From assembly GCA_022792555.1 (NCBI GenBank), contig JAAWBF010000036.1, positions 3,697 to 67,696 of the forward strand: DNA of 64,000 bases, given 5' to 3'. The DNA comes from Oscillospiraceae bacterium (GTDB lineage: Bacteria > Bacillota > Clostridia > Oscillospirales > Oscillospiraceae). Positions within the stretch are counted from its first letter, which is position 1. Each line of letters starts with the position of its first letter. Below are positions 53,933 through 61,988 of the stretch, piece after piece. A model generated the notes under the pieces. The model was not told the origin of the DNA, ran no database searches, and saw only the letters and a program-made list of their open reading frames with translations. A program made the translations under genes and the position numbers.

Positions 53933-55540
53933 ATGAATTCCATCATCAACACGCCGGAGGGGACCCGCGACCGGCTCTTTGCCGAGTGCCGGGACCGCCG
54001 GAAAATTCAAACAACTCTTACCGCGCTCTTTCAAACCAGAGGCTTTGCCGAGATCTCCACCCCGGAGGTGGAGTTCTACGATCTCTTTATCCGTTCCGGC
54101 AATCCTATCCCCCAAGAATCCATGCTGAAGATTGTGGATCGATCAGGGAAAATTATGGTCATGCGGCCCGACTGCACCACCCCTATCGCCCGCGTGGCGG
54201 CTACCAAGCTGAAGGCGGTACCGCTGCCTCAGCGGCTGTACTACAACGAGACCGTGTTCCGCTCCGGCGCGGCCCACAAGGGGGGCTCCAGCGAGATCGC
54301 TCAGTGTGGAATTGAGCTGTTAGGGGCGGGCGGCCAGGAGGCCGATCTGGAGGTCCTCTCTCTGGCTGTGGAAGCGCTGCAGAAGGTCTCTCCCAACGGC
54401 TGTCATATTGAGCTGGGCCACGCCGGACTCTTTAAGGCTCTGACGGAGGAGCTGGAGCTGGAGGCCGCTGGAGCAGAGCGTCTGCGCCGTCTCATCGAAG
54501 GCAAGCACTTTGCGGCCCTGTCTGGCCTGCTGGAGCCCTATCAGGACCGCCGGGCCTATCAGCTGCTATCCCGGCTGTCCAGTCTCTTTGGCGGCGCAGA
54601 GGTCCTGGACGAGGCGGAGGCTCTGGTGGGACCCCGTCCGGAGCTGATCTACCTGCGGGAGCTGTATCAGATTCTGGATCAGGCTGGATATGGATCGCTG
54701 GTCCGGTTTGACCTGGGACTGGTCCACCAGATCGACTACTACACCGGGGTGATTTTCCGGGGTTATGCCGAGGGGGCGGGGGCGCCTGTCCTGTCCGGCG
54801 GACGGTATGACAACCTGCTGGGTGCCTTTGGACGGCCCGCCCCGGCCATCGGCTTTGCCATAGATGTGGACGCCGTGGCCGCCTGCCAGCCCGCCCCGGC
54901 CCAGCCAGGCCGCCTTCGTATCGCCATGACCAAGGGTCGCCTTCAGGATAAGACCGTAGCTCTGCTGGAGCGGGTGGGCCTGGACTGCACCCCAGTCAAA
55001 AACCCAGGACGGCGGCTGATCCACGCACTGCCCAATTATCCACTGGATGCGGTGCTGGCCAAGGCCCCCGATGTGATCACCTATGTGGAGCATGGAGTGT
55101 GTGATTTGGGGGTAGTGGGGAAGGACACCATCCTAGAGCAGGGGAGCCCATTCTATGAGGTGCTGGACCTGGGCTTTGGGGCCTGCCGCTTCGCCCTGGC
55201 AGTGCGGGAGGGCTCCGACTTCTATGGCACCTATAAAACCCGCCGAATTGCCACCAAGTACCCCAATGTAGCCCGCCGGTTCTTTGAGGAGAAGGGGATG
55301 GACGTGGAGATCATCAAGATTGAGGGCTCAGTAGAGTTGGCTCCCATCTTGGATCTGGCAGACGCCATTGTCGATATTGTGGAAACCGGGGCCACCTTGA
55401 AGGAAAACGGCCTGGTTCCCATTGAAGACGTGGCGCCGGTATCCGCCCGGCTGGTGGTCAACACAGCGGCTATGAAGCTCAAGCGGAAGGAAATTCTGGA
55501 CTTTATTGCAAAGTGCCAGCAGGGATTGGAGGAAGTATGA
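53933..55540 (+). CDS. hisZ-hisG: Fused ATP phosphoribosyltransferase: regulatory subunit HisZ (aa 1 to about 325) plus short-form catalytic HisG (aa about 327-535)
   Basis: N-terminus is class II aaRS-like HisZ (TPEGTRDRL, FAEISTPEVEFYDLF, GGRYDNLL). From about 54911, RLRIAMTKGRLQDK...PNYPLDAVLAKAPDVITYVEHGVCDLGVVGKD is short HisG. No stop between them. Confidence 0.85.
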   Translation: MNSIINTPEGTRDRLFAECRDRRKIQTTLTALFQTRGFAEISTPEVEFYDLFIRSGNPIPQESMLKIVDRSGKIMVMRPDCTTPIARVAATKLKAVPLPQRLYYNETVFRSGAAHKGGSSEIAQCGIELLGAGGQEADLEVLSLAVEALQKVSPNGCHIELGHAGLFKALTEELELEAAGAERLRRLIEGKHFAALSGLLEPYQDRRAYQLLSRLSSLFGGAEVLDEAEALVGPRPELIYLRELYQILDQAGYGSLVRFDLGLVHQIDYYTGVIFRGYAEGAGAPVLSGGRYDNLLGAFGRPAPAIGFAIDVDAVAACQPAPAQPGRLRIAMTKGRLQDKTVALLERVGLDCTPVKNPGRRLIHALPNYPLDAVLAKAPDVITYVEHGVCDLGVVGKDTILEQGSPFYEVLDLGFGACRFALAVREGSDFYGTYKTRRIATKYPNVARRFFEEKGMDVEIIKIEGSVELAPILDLADAIVDIVETGATLKENGLVPIEDVAPVSARLVVNTAAMKLKRKEILDFIAKCQQGLEEV

Positions 55541-56826
55541 TTCCCATTGTGATTGCCAACGGTACCGCAGAGCAGGAGATCATCGCCGCCATGCGCGCCA
55601 GGGCCGCCGGTGCCAACCAGGAGATTATACAGGCGGTCTCCGCGATCATGGAAAAGGTACGCCGGGAGGGGTTTCCAGCGGTAGCGGACTATTCCGAGCG
55701 CTTTGACCGCAGCGCCCCCTATGAGATCCCCCAAAATCGGTTAGACGAAGCCTACGCTGCCTGTGATCCCACCTTGATCGCCGCCTTGGAGCACGCTGCC
55801 TCCAATATCCGGGCCTACAATGAGAAGCTGTTGACCCGCTCCGCCGAGTGGGCCTCTCCCGATGGCGGTGTGGTGGGACGGGTGGTCCGTGGGCTGACCC
55901 GTGTGGGGATTTATGTCCCAGGCGGTACAGCGGCCTATCCCAGCAGTGTTCTGATGAACGCCGTCCCCGCCAAGGTGGCGGGGGTAGAGGAGATCGTCAT
56001 GGTGACCCCTCCCACCGAGCACCTGAACAACGCCGTCCTGGCGGCTGCCAAAATCGCCGGGGTGGACCGGGTAATTGCGGTGGGCGGTGCCCAGGCGGTG
56101 GCGGCATTGACCTATGGCGCGGGGTTTATCCCCAAGGTAGATAAGCTGGTGGGGCCGGGCAACGCCTATGTAGCGGCCGCAAAACGGCTGGCCTATGGAG
56201 CTTTGGATATCGACATGGTTGCCGGTCCCTCTGAGGTGTTGGTCATTGCCGACGGGAGCGCCAATCCCTGCTATGTGGCAGCCGATCTGCTCTCCCAGGC
56301 CGAGCATGACAAGCTGGCCTCTGCCATCCTTCTGACGGACAGCGCCTCGCTGGCCCAGGCGGTGGACCGGGAGCTCGCGCGACAGACCGCCCTTTTGAGC
56401 CGATCTGAAATCATGGCCTGCTCCCTGCGGGATTTCAGCTGTGCTATTGTGTGCGCCGATCTAAATCAGGCAGTAGCGCTGGCAAACGAGATCGCGCCGG
56501 AGCACCTGGAGCTGATGACAGAACAGCCTCGTGCCCTCCTGCCCGCCGTCAAGAACGCAGGGGCGGTCTTTTTGGGGGCCTGGTCCCCGGAGCCCCTGGG
56601 GGATTATCTGGCCGGGCCAGACCACGTCCTGCCCACCTCAGGCACCGCCCGGTTCTTCTCCCCGCTGTCGGCGGACAGCTTCCTCAAAACCATGAGTATC
56701 ATTGAATACAGCAGAGAAACCCTAGAGCCCATCAAGGATGAGATCATCACCTTGGCCCAGTCTGAGCTGCTCACCGCCCATGCCAATTCCATTCAGGTCC
56801 GCTTTGCGCAGAGCGAACAGAACTAG
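55537..56826 (+). CDS. hisD: Histidinol dehydrogenase
   Basis: Canonical HisD motifs (IDMVAGPSEVLVIAD, QAEHD). ATGA overlap with hisZ-hisG. Confidence 0.95.
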   Translation: MIPIVIANGTAEQEIIAAMRARAAGANQEIIQAVSAIMEKVRREGFPAVADYSERFDRSAPYEIPQNRLDEAYAACDPTLIAALEHAASNIRAYNEKLLTRSAEWASPDGGVVGRVVRGLTRVGIYVPGGTAAYPSSVLMNAVPAKVAGVEEIVMVTPPTEHLNNAVLAAAKIAGVDRVIAVGGAQAVAALTYGAGFIPKVDKLVGPGNAYVAAAKRLAYGALDIDMVAGPSEVLVIADGSANPCYVAADLLSQAEHDKLASAILLTDSASLAQAVDRELARQTALLSRSEIMACSLRDFSCAIVCADLNQAVALANEIAPEHLELMTEQPRALLPAVKNAGAVFLGAWSPEPLGDYLAGPDHVLPTSGTARFFSPLSADSFLKTMSIIEYSRETLEPIKDEIITLAQSELLTAHANSIQVRFAQSEQN

Positions 56827-56837
56827 ATAAGATGGGT

Positions 56838-56859
56838 TCCCCGCCCCAAGGGCGGGGAA
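56838..56859 (+). repeat. GC-rich hairpin TTCCCCGCC/GGCGGGGAA inside the his operon
   Basis: GTTCCCCGCCCCAAGGGCGGGGAA lies between hisD and hisB. Near-identical arms recur at 61245-61272. Confidence 0.6.
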
Positions 56860-56897
56860 AGAAACAAAGCACCCCTGCTCAAGGAGGAAAACATACG

Positions 56898-57476
56898 ATG
56901 CGAACCGCGTCCGTCACCCGTACCACCAAGGAGACTCAAATTACCCTCTCTCTGTGCCTAGAGGGCGGAGAGATTCAAATTGACACTGGAATTGGTTTCT
57001 TTGACCACATGCTCACCGCGCTGGCCTTTTATGCCGGCTTCGGCCTGTCCCTGACCGCCCGCGGGGATCTGCATGTGGATCCCCACCATACGGTAGAGGA
57101 CACCGGGATTGTCCTTGGACAGGCCCTCCGTGAGGCATTGGGGGACAAGCGGGGGATTCGCCGCTTTGGCGCGGTCTATATCCCCATGGACGAGGCCCTG
57201 TGCCATACTGTCTTGGACTTTTCAGGCCGCGCCTATCTGTTCTTTGAGGCCGAGATGCCCCAGGCGGTCATCGGGGCCTACGACGCCTGCCTGACAGAAG
57301 AATTCATGCGGGCTGTGGCGTGCAACGCTGGGATTACCCTGCACATATCCGCCATCCGGGGGAAGAATTCCCACCATATCACCGAAGCCCTGTTCAAGTC
57401 CCTGGGGGCGGCCATGAAAGAGGCAGTCTTTGTCACAGGGGACAGCGTCACTTCCACCAAGGGGGTGCTGGCATGA
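56898..57476 (+). CDS. hisB: Imidazoleglycerol-phosphate dehydratase
   Basis: RTTKETQI, DTGIGFFDHML and HHITEA motifs. ATG 56898 follows AAGGAGG. Confidence 0.95.
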   Translation: MRTASVTRTTKETQITLSLCLEGGEIQIDTGIGFFDHMLTALAFYAGFGLSLTARGDLHVDPHHTVEDTGIVLGQALREALGDKRGIRRFGAVYIPMDEALCHTVLDFSGRAYLFFEAEMPQAVIGAYDACLTEEFMRAVACNAGITLHISAIRGKNSHHITEALFKSLGAAMKEAVFVTGDSVTSTKGVLA

Positions 57477-58081
57477 GCTATATTGCTATTGTGGACTACG
57501 GCGTTGGGAATCTAAAAAGTGTCACCAACGCCATGCAGTATCTGGGTCTGAATACCAAGATTACCGGTGAGGCCGGTGAGCTGGAGCGGGCCAACGCCAT
57601 CCTGCTGCCAGGTGTGGGTGCCTTCCCAGATGCGGCAGATAAACTGCGTACTACAGGACTGGATCAGACCCTTCTGGCCCAGGCTGGGAAAAAGCCTATT
57701 TTGGGGATTTGCCTGGGGATGCAGCTCCTCTTCGACCGTGGGGAGGAGGGGAGAACCTGTAAAGGATTAGGACTTGTCGGTGGCTATGTGGGGCGGATTT
57801 GCACCGGATATAAGCTCCCACATATCGGCTGGAACTCTCTACGGCTCCAAAACAATTCCCCCCTCCTTGCAGGACTGTCGGAGGACACCTGGGTTTACTT
57901 TGTCCACTCCTTCTGCGGCTATACCGAACGGGAAGAAGATGTCATCGCCCGCACAGAATACGGCCCCTCTCTGGTAGCGGCAGTGGCCCGAAACGGCGTC
58001 TATGGCTGTCAATTCCATCCAGAAAAGAGCGGGGAGGCCGGGCTGCAAATTCTAAAGAACTTCGGAGGGCTCAATCCATGA
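57473..58081 (+). CDS. hisH: Imidazole glycerol phosphate synthase, glutamine amidotransferase subunit
   Basis: DYGVGNLKS, GICLGMQ and FHPEKS triad motifs. ATGA overlap with hisB. Confidence 0.95.
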   Translation: MSYIAIVDYGVGNLKSVTNAMQYLGLNTKITGEAGELERANAILLPGVGAFPDAADKLRTTGLDQTLLAQAGKKPILGICLGMQLLFDRGEEGRTCKGLGLVGGYVGRICTGYKLPHIGWNSLRLQNNSPLLAGLSEDTWVYFVHSFCGYTEREEDVIARTEYGPSLVAAVARNGVYGCQFHPEKSGEAGLQILKNFGGLNP

Positions 58082-58800
58082 TTCTTTTTCCTGCGATTGA
58101 TCTAAAAGATGGAAAAGTGGTTCGCCTTTACAAGGGCGATTTTGCAACGGTTCACCAGGTCTCCAATAACGTTCAAGAAACCGCTGGGGCCTTTTTTCAG
58201 GCGGGTGCCCGGCACATCCATATGGTGGATCTAGACGGCGCTAAGGATGGGAAACGGGCCAACAGCAGTATTGTGCAAGCCGTTGCGGAAGGGGCTGGCC
58301 TGCACGTAGAACTGGGAGGGGGGATCCGTTCTATGGGCGATCTGGAGGCGGTGTTTGCCCTGGGAGTCCACCGTGCGGTTATCGGCTCTGCCGCTGTTCA
58401 CAACCCGGACTTTGTCCAGTCTGCTGTGGCCAAGTATGGAGCACGGATTGCGGTTGGCATTGACGCGTTCCACGACCGGGTGAGAACTGCAGGATGGGTT
58501 GAGGATTCCGGATTGAACTATCTGGACTTTGCCCGCTCCATGGAGGACCTTGGTGTAAAGACAATTATCTTTACAGATATTGAGACAGATGGGATGCTTT
58601 CCGGTCCCGCCTATGCTCAGCTGGAAAAATTGCAAGCGGTCTACTCCGGACAGCTTGTAGCGTCAGGCGGGATCTCTGTCCTGGAAGACATCCAACGTCT
58701 CCGGGATATGGGCCTCTATGGCGCCATCATCGGTAAGGCGTATTACGCCGGAACTCTGGATCTGGCCAAGGCTGTCGCACTCTGCGGACCGCAGGAGTAA
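58078..58800 (+). CDS. hisA: 1-(5-phosphoribosyl)-5-[(5-phosphoribosylamino)methylideneamino]imidazole-4-carboxamide isomerase
   Basis: [14 protein letters not shown] start, VELGGGIRS and ASGGIS motifs. Confidence 0.95.
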   Translation: MILFPAIDLKDGKVVRLYKGDFATVHQVSNNVQETAGAFFQAGARHIHMVDLDGAKDGKRANSSIVQAVAEGAGLHVELGGGIRSMGDLEAVFALGVHRAVIGSAAVHNPDFVQSAVAKYGARIAVGIDAFHDRVRTAGWVEDSGLNYLDFARSMEDLGVKTIIFTDIETDGMLSGPAYAQLEKLQAVYSGQLVASGGISVLEDIQRLRDMGLYGAIIGKAYYAGTLDLAKAVALCGPQE

Positions 58801-58829
58801 GCCGTCATAGATTGGGAGGTACTTCAATT

Positions 58830-59585
58830 ATGTTAGCCAAACGTATCATCCCCTGTCTGGACGTGCGGGACGGCAGGGTTGTGAAAGGGGTAAACTTTGT
58901 CAATATCCGGGATGCAGGTGATCCGGTAGAGCTGGCGAAATACTATTCCGACCAAGGGGCCGACGAGATCGTTTTCTTGGACATCACCGCTACCAGCGAT
59001 GCCAGGGACACGGTTGCTGATGTGGTGGAACGCACCGCGGCCCAGGTATTTGTCCCTCTCACCGTGGGGGGCGGTATCCGTACCCTGGATGATTTTCAAC
59101 GGCTTCTGCGGGCGGGCGCCGACAAAATCTCGGTTAACTCCGCTGCTGTAGCCGACCCATCTCTTATCGCCAGAGCGGCAGAGCGTTTTGGATCTCAATG
59201 TGTGGTTCTGGCTGTGGACGCCCGGCACAGGGAGGACGGCAGCTATGAGGTTGTTGTAGCTGGGGGCCGCAAGCCCACCGGGATCGACGCTTTAGAATGG
59301 GTCCGCCGGGGGGAGGCCTTGGGTGCGGGAGAGATCCTCCTCACCTCTATGGACACTGACGGTACCAAGCAGGGCTTTGATCTCCCTATGACGAAAGCAG
59401 TGGCGCAGGCGGTGGGTATCCCAGTGATTGCCTCCGGGGGATGCGGCAGTCTAGCCCACTTTGCCCAGGTCTTTGAGGAGACCGGCTGTGATGCCGCCTT
59501 GGCGGCTTCTCTGTTTCACTTCGGGGAACTGACTGTTCCCCAGGTGAAGGACTATCTGCGGGCCCAACATATTCCAGTGAGGTGA
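58830..59585 (+). CDS. hisF: Imidazole glycerol phosphate synthase, cyclase subunit
   Basis: [21 protein letters not shown] and ASGG motifs. ATG 58830. Confidence 0.95.
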   Translation: MLAKRIIPCLDVRDGRVVKGVNFVNIRDAGDPVELAKYYSDQGADEIVFLDITATSDARDTVADVVERTAAQVFVPLTVGGGIRTLDDFQRLLRAGADKISVNSAAVADPSLIARAAERFGSQCVVLAVDARHREDGSYEVVVAGGRKPTGIDALEWVRRGEALGAGEILLTSMDTDGTKQGFDLPMTKAVAQAVGIPVIASGGCGSLAHFAQVFEETGCDAALAASLFHFGELTVPQVKDYLRAQHIPVR

Positions 59586-59589
59586 GACG

Positions 59590-59919
59590 ATGTCCTTTGA
59601 TTTGGATCTTTTATTTCAAAAGTCGGATTTGATCCCAGTCATCATCCAGGATGTGGATACCAGTGAAGTCCTCATGCTGGGCTTTACCAACCGGGAGGCT
59701 GTGGAGCTGACCCTCCAGACCAAGACGGCTTGGTTCTGGAGCCGCAGCCGGGAAAAGCTGTGGAACAAGGGGGAGAGCTCCGGCCATTTCCTCCATATCA
59801 AGCAGGTTCTGACCGACTGCGATACCGACACCTTGCTCTACCGCTGTAAGCCGGAGGGTCCCACCTGCCACACCGGGGCGCGGTCCTGCTTCTTTCACAC
59901 TATTTTGGAGGAGCCGTGA
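59590..59919 (+). CDS. hisI: Phosphoribosyl-AMP cyclohydrolase
   Basis: LIPVIIQD, WFWSRSR..LW.KGE.SG and CHTG motifs. Not fused to hisE. Confidence 0.93.
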   Translation: MSFDLDLLFQKSDLIPVIIQDVDTSEVLMLGFTNREAVELTLQTKTAWFWSRSREKLWNKGESSGHFLHIKQVLTDCDTDTLLYRCKPEGPTCHTGARSCFFHTILEEP

Positions 59920-59982
59920 TCGCTGCACCCGTTTTGGATAGCAAACAGCAGTAAGCGTATGACGATCGATAGGAGGTTTCAC

Positions 59983-60312
59983 ATGAACGACACCATTTTG
60001 AAGGAGCTCTACCAAGTTATTCTCAGCCGAAAGGCCGATCCCCAGGAGAACTCCTACACCTGCTATCTCTTCGATAAGGGTCTGGACAAGATCCTCAAGA
60101 AGGTGGGGGAGGAGTGCGCAGAGACCATCATCGCCGCCAAGAATGGCCGCCAAGAGGAGACCGTGGGGGAGATCTCCGACCTTATTTACCACCTGATGGT
60201 CATGATGGCCGCCCAGCGTATCCCGCTCGACGCCGTGCTGGAGGAGCTGGAGCGTCGCAGCCATAAAATCGGCAATCTCAAGCAGATGAAGAACGTGGAT
60301 CGCGACACCTAA
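59983..60312 (+). CDS. hisE: Phosphoribosyl-ATP pyrophosphatase
   Basis: SYTCYLFDKGLDKILKKVGEECAE..IAAKN MazG-like motif. ATG 59983 follows AGGAGG. Confidence 0.92.
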   Translation: MNDTILKELYQVILSRKADPQENSYTCYLFDKGLDKILKKVGEECAETIIAAKNGRQEETVGEISDLIYHLMVMMAAQRIPLDAVLEELERRSHKIGNLKQMKNVDRDT

Positions 60313-60390
60313 AAATACGGCGCACCGCCTGCCGCAAAGGTGGTGTCTGCGGCCAAAATGCCTCTCAGTGTCCGCAGACATGGAGGTTTT

Positions 60391-60966
60391 ATGAAAAAAC
60401 GTCTGGCGCTCTTGCTGGCCGCTCTCACGCTCTTTTTGTCTGCGTGTACCACAATTTCCGGTATCTCTGAAAAACTTGGCAGTGTAGCGGAGACCCCTCC
60501 AATTGCGACCCTCCCAGTGGCCGCCGCCCCTCAGACGGCGGAGCCAACCGCGACACCGGCTCCCGTACAGGAATCTGACGCACCCCAAGCGCCAACCCCA
60601 AGCCAGGAAGAGGATACCCTGCCGGAGGATGGTATTTACGACTCCAAAGAGGAGGTAGCCCTGTACCTGCATCTCTACGGCCATCTGCCAGATAACTACA
60701 TCACCAAAAAAGAGGCCGAGGCTCTGGGCTGGCCAGGAGGATCCTTGGAACCCTATGCGCCAGGGATGTGTATTGGCGGAAACCGGTTCGGCAACTATGA
60801 GGGTCTGCTGCCCGAAGCGAAAGGCCGTACCTATACCGAATGTGACATTGACACCATGGGGGCGGAAAAGCGGGGTGCCAAGCGCATCGTCTTCTCCAAC
60901 GACGGCCTGATCTACTATACCGACGACCACTATAAGTCCTTTACCCTGTTATATGGGGAGGCGTGA
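60391..60966 (+). CDS. Barnase-family secreted ribonuclease with a lipoprotein-type signal peptide
   Basis: The C-terminal 110 aa align by eye with B. amyloliquefaciens barnase (LPDNYITKKEAEALGW, GGNRFGN.EG.LP, GRTYTECDI, DDHYKSFT). Catalytic-equivalent E, R, R and H are present. N-terminal LFLSAC lipobox plus a Pro/Ala-rich linker. Confidence 0.88.
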   Translation: MKKRLALLLAALTLFLSACTTISGISEKLGSVAETPPIATLPVAAAPQTAEPTATPAPVQESDAPQAPTPSQEEDTLPEDGIYDSKEEVALYLHLYGHLPDNYITKKEAEALGWPGGSLEPYAPGMCIGGNRFGNYEGLLPEAKGRTYTECDIDTMGAEKRGAKRIVFSNDGLIYYTDDHYKSFTLLYGEA

Positions 60967-60967
60967 C

Positions 60968-61240
60968 ATGACTGTATTGTTAGAGGGGGCTGTGCTCAAA
61001 AGCAAAGAAGCCCTGCATGAGACCCTAGCCTGTGCGCTGCATCTTCCCCCGTGGTACGGCGGCAATCTGGACGCACTGTTTGACTGCCTGACCGACCTGT
61101 CCCAGGAGACTACCCTCCACCTGCGCCACCCGGAGGTGCTAGAGCAAAACCTCGGTCCCTATGTCCAGCGTCTGATCCAAATGCTCCAACAGGCGCAGCG
61201 AGAAAGTAAATACTTTCAGTTGGTCCTGTCCTCAAATTAA
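60968..61240 (+). CDS. Barstar-family ribonuclease inhibitor
   Basis: LPPWYGGNLDALFDCLTD matches the barstar LPEYYGENLDALWDCLTG helix that plugs barnase. Starts 1 nt after the barnase stop. Confidence 0.88.
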   Translation: MTVLLEGAVLKSKEALHETLACALHLPPWYGGNLDALFDCLTDLSQETTLHLRHPEVLEQNLGPYVQRLIQMLQQAQRESKYFQLVLSSN

Positions 61241-61244
61241 AACC

Positions 61245-61280
61245 GTTCCCCGCCCAAGACCGGGCGGGGAACTACTTTTC
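61245..61280 (+). terminator. Rho-independent terminator after barstar
   Basis: GTTCCCCGCCC / GGGCGGGGAAC stem followed by TACTTTTC. Confidence 0.75.
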
Positions 61281-61286
61281 TCTATA

Positions 61287-61328
61287 AAAACAGGCGATAG
61301 GGATCGAAACATCCTACCGCCTGTTTTT
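61287..61328. terminator. Second hairpin, usable as terminator for the convergent minus-strand gene
   Basis: AAACAGGCGATAGGGAT / ATCCTACCGCCTGTTT imperfect stem flanked by A-run and T-run. Confidence 0.65.
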
Positions 61329-61363
61329 CGTTTCCAGACTGTTTTCATCCGAATCACAGCCTT

Positions 61364-61630
61364 TTAAAAGGGGAGTTTCCCCTCTTGGGTGCCGTTGATC
61401 ACATAGTAGACAGCGGCGTCCTCCGGTTTAACATAGAGATCTACCGATGTAATGGCGGCGAGATCGTTTCCAGCCCCCGTCCAGGCATCCTTGATAGCGG
61501 AGAGCATACTAGCCTGGGTTAGCTCCCGGCCCTGATACTGTACTGCCATATGGATCTCAGGCGCAGTTTTTTTCGCAGACTTGGCTGTCTTGGGCTTTGG
61601 GGTGCGGGTGGATTTTTTTACAATTGCCAT
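61364..61630 (-). CDS. Small Lys-rich-N-terminus protein (DUF6465-like)
   Basis: MAIVKKSTRTPKPKTAKSAKK... then VDLYVKPEDAAVYYVING. ATG 61630 lies 10 nt after AGGAG. Confidence 0.5.
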   Translation of the reverse strand: MAIVKKSTRTPKPKTAKSAKKTAPEIHMAVQYQGRELTQASMLSAIKDAWTGAGNDLAAITSVDLYVKPEDAAVYYVINGTQEGKLPF

Positions 61631-61797
61631 TTTAGAATCACTCCTATACAATCCTCATCCAGCCGATAGGTAGCAGCCAGTAAGGAATATGATATCTCTA
61701 TTTTACATCGTACAACAGAAAATTCCTAGGTTCATGTTGCAGTAAAATTCGCCGGGTACCATACCATTTTTAAGCAAAAAATACGTCAAATTGGCCC

Positions 61798-61826
61798 TTG
61801 ACATGAGTCCGAAATTTGACTATACT
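61798..61826 (+). promoter_or_regulatory. SigmaA-type promoter of the marR-MATE operon
   Basis: TTGACA (61798-61803), 17-nt spacer, TATACT (61821-61826). Confidence 0.7.
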
Positions 61827-61832
61827 ACTATG

Positions 61833-61848
61833 AGTCTGACATCGGACT
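61833..61848 (+). promoter_or_regulatory. Palindromic operator candidate (MarR-type) at the transcription start
   Basis: AGTCTGA-CA-TCGGACT, a 16-bp near-palindrome. A related half-site, ATGAGTCCGA (61803-61812), lies between -35 and -10. Confidence 0.45.
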
Positions 61849-61858
61849 TGTTAGAGCT

Positions 61859-61940
61859 GTTCTCAAGATTGCTGATACCGCCTCCATCACGGAGGGATGG
61901 AGACAAGTATCAGCGCTAATGCCCTTTCTGAGAACTGCTG
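61859..61940 (+). repeat. Copy B of the conserved hairpin element, embedded in three nested helices in the marR leader
   Basis: GTTCTCA/TGAGAAC (61859-65 / 61929-35), GCTGATAC/GTATCAGC (61871-78 / 61907-14), CTCCATC/GATGGAG (61882-88 / 61896-902). Shares AAGATTnCTGATAC and TGGAGACAAGTA with 3163-3209. Confidence 0.6.
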
Positions 61941-61988
61941 TAATCTCTGAAAAAAAGAACCTATAAGAAAAAGGGGGACACTGCCTGT

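Noticed and set aside
59611-60930. 439-aa ORF on the minus strand, the longest unexplained ORF in the track.
   Set aside because: It runs antisense through three clearly recognisable plus-strand genes (hisI, hisE, barnase). Its G/R/L/Q/V-rich composition is typical of stop-free antisense frames in GC-rich DNA. It has no RBS and no recognisable motif.
61879-61906. The ACGG-containing loop (ACGGAGG) and the GGAGACAAG segment suggested a guanidine-II or guanidine-III riboswitch.
   Set aside because: Guanidine-II needs two short hairpins, each with an ACGR tetraloop, and guanidine-III is a compact pseudoknot. Neither architecture fits the three nested helices here. The sister copy at 3178-3204 has a GCGCAGG loop without ACGR. 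I left it as an unclassified structured element pending a covariance-model scan.
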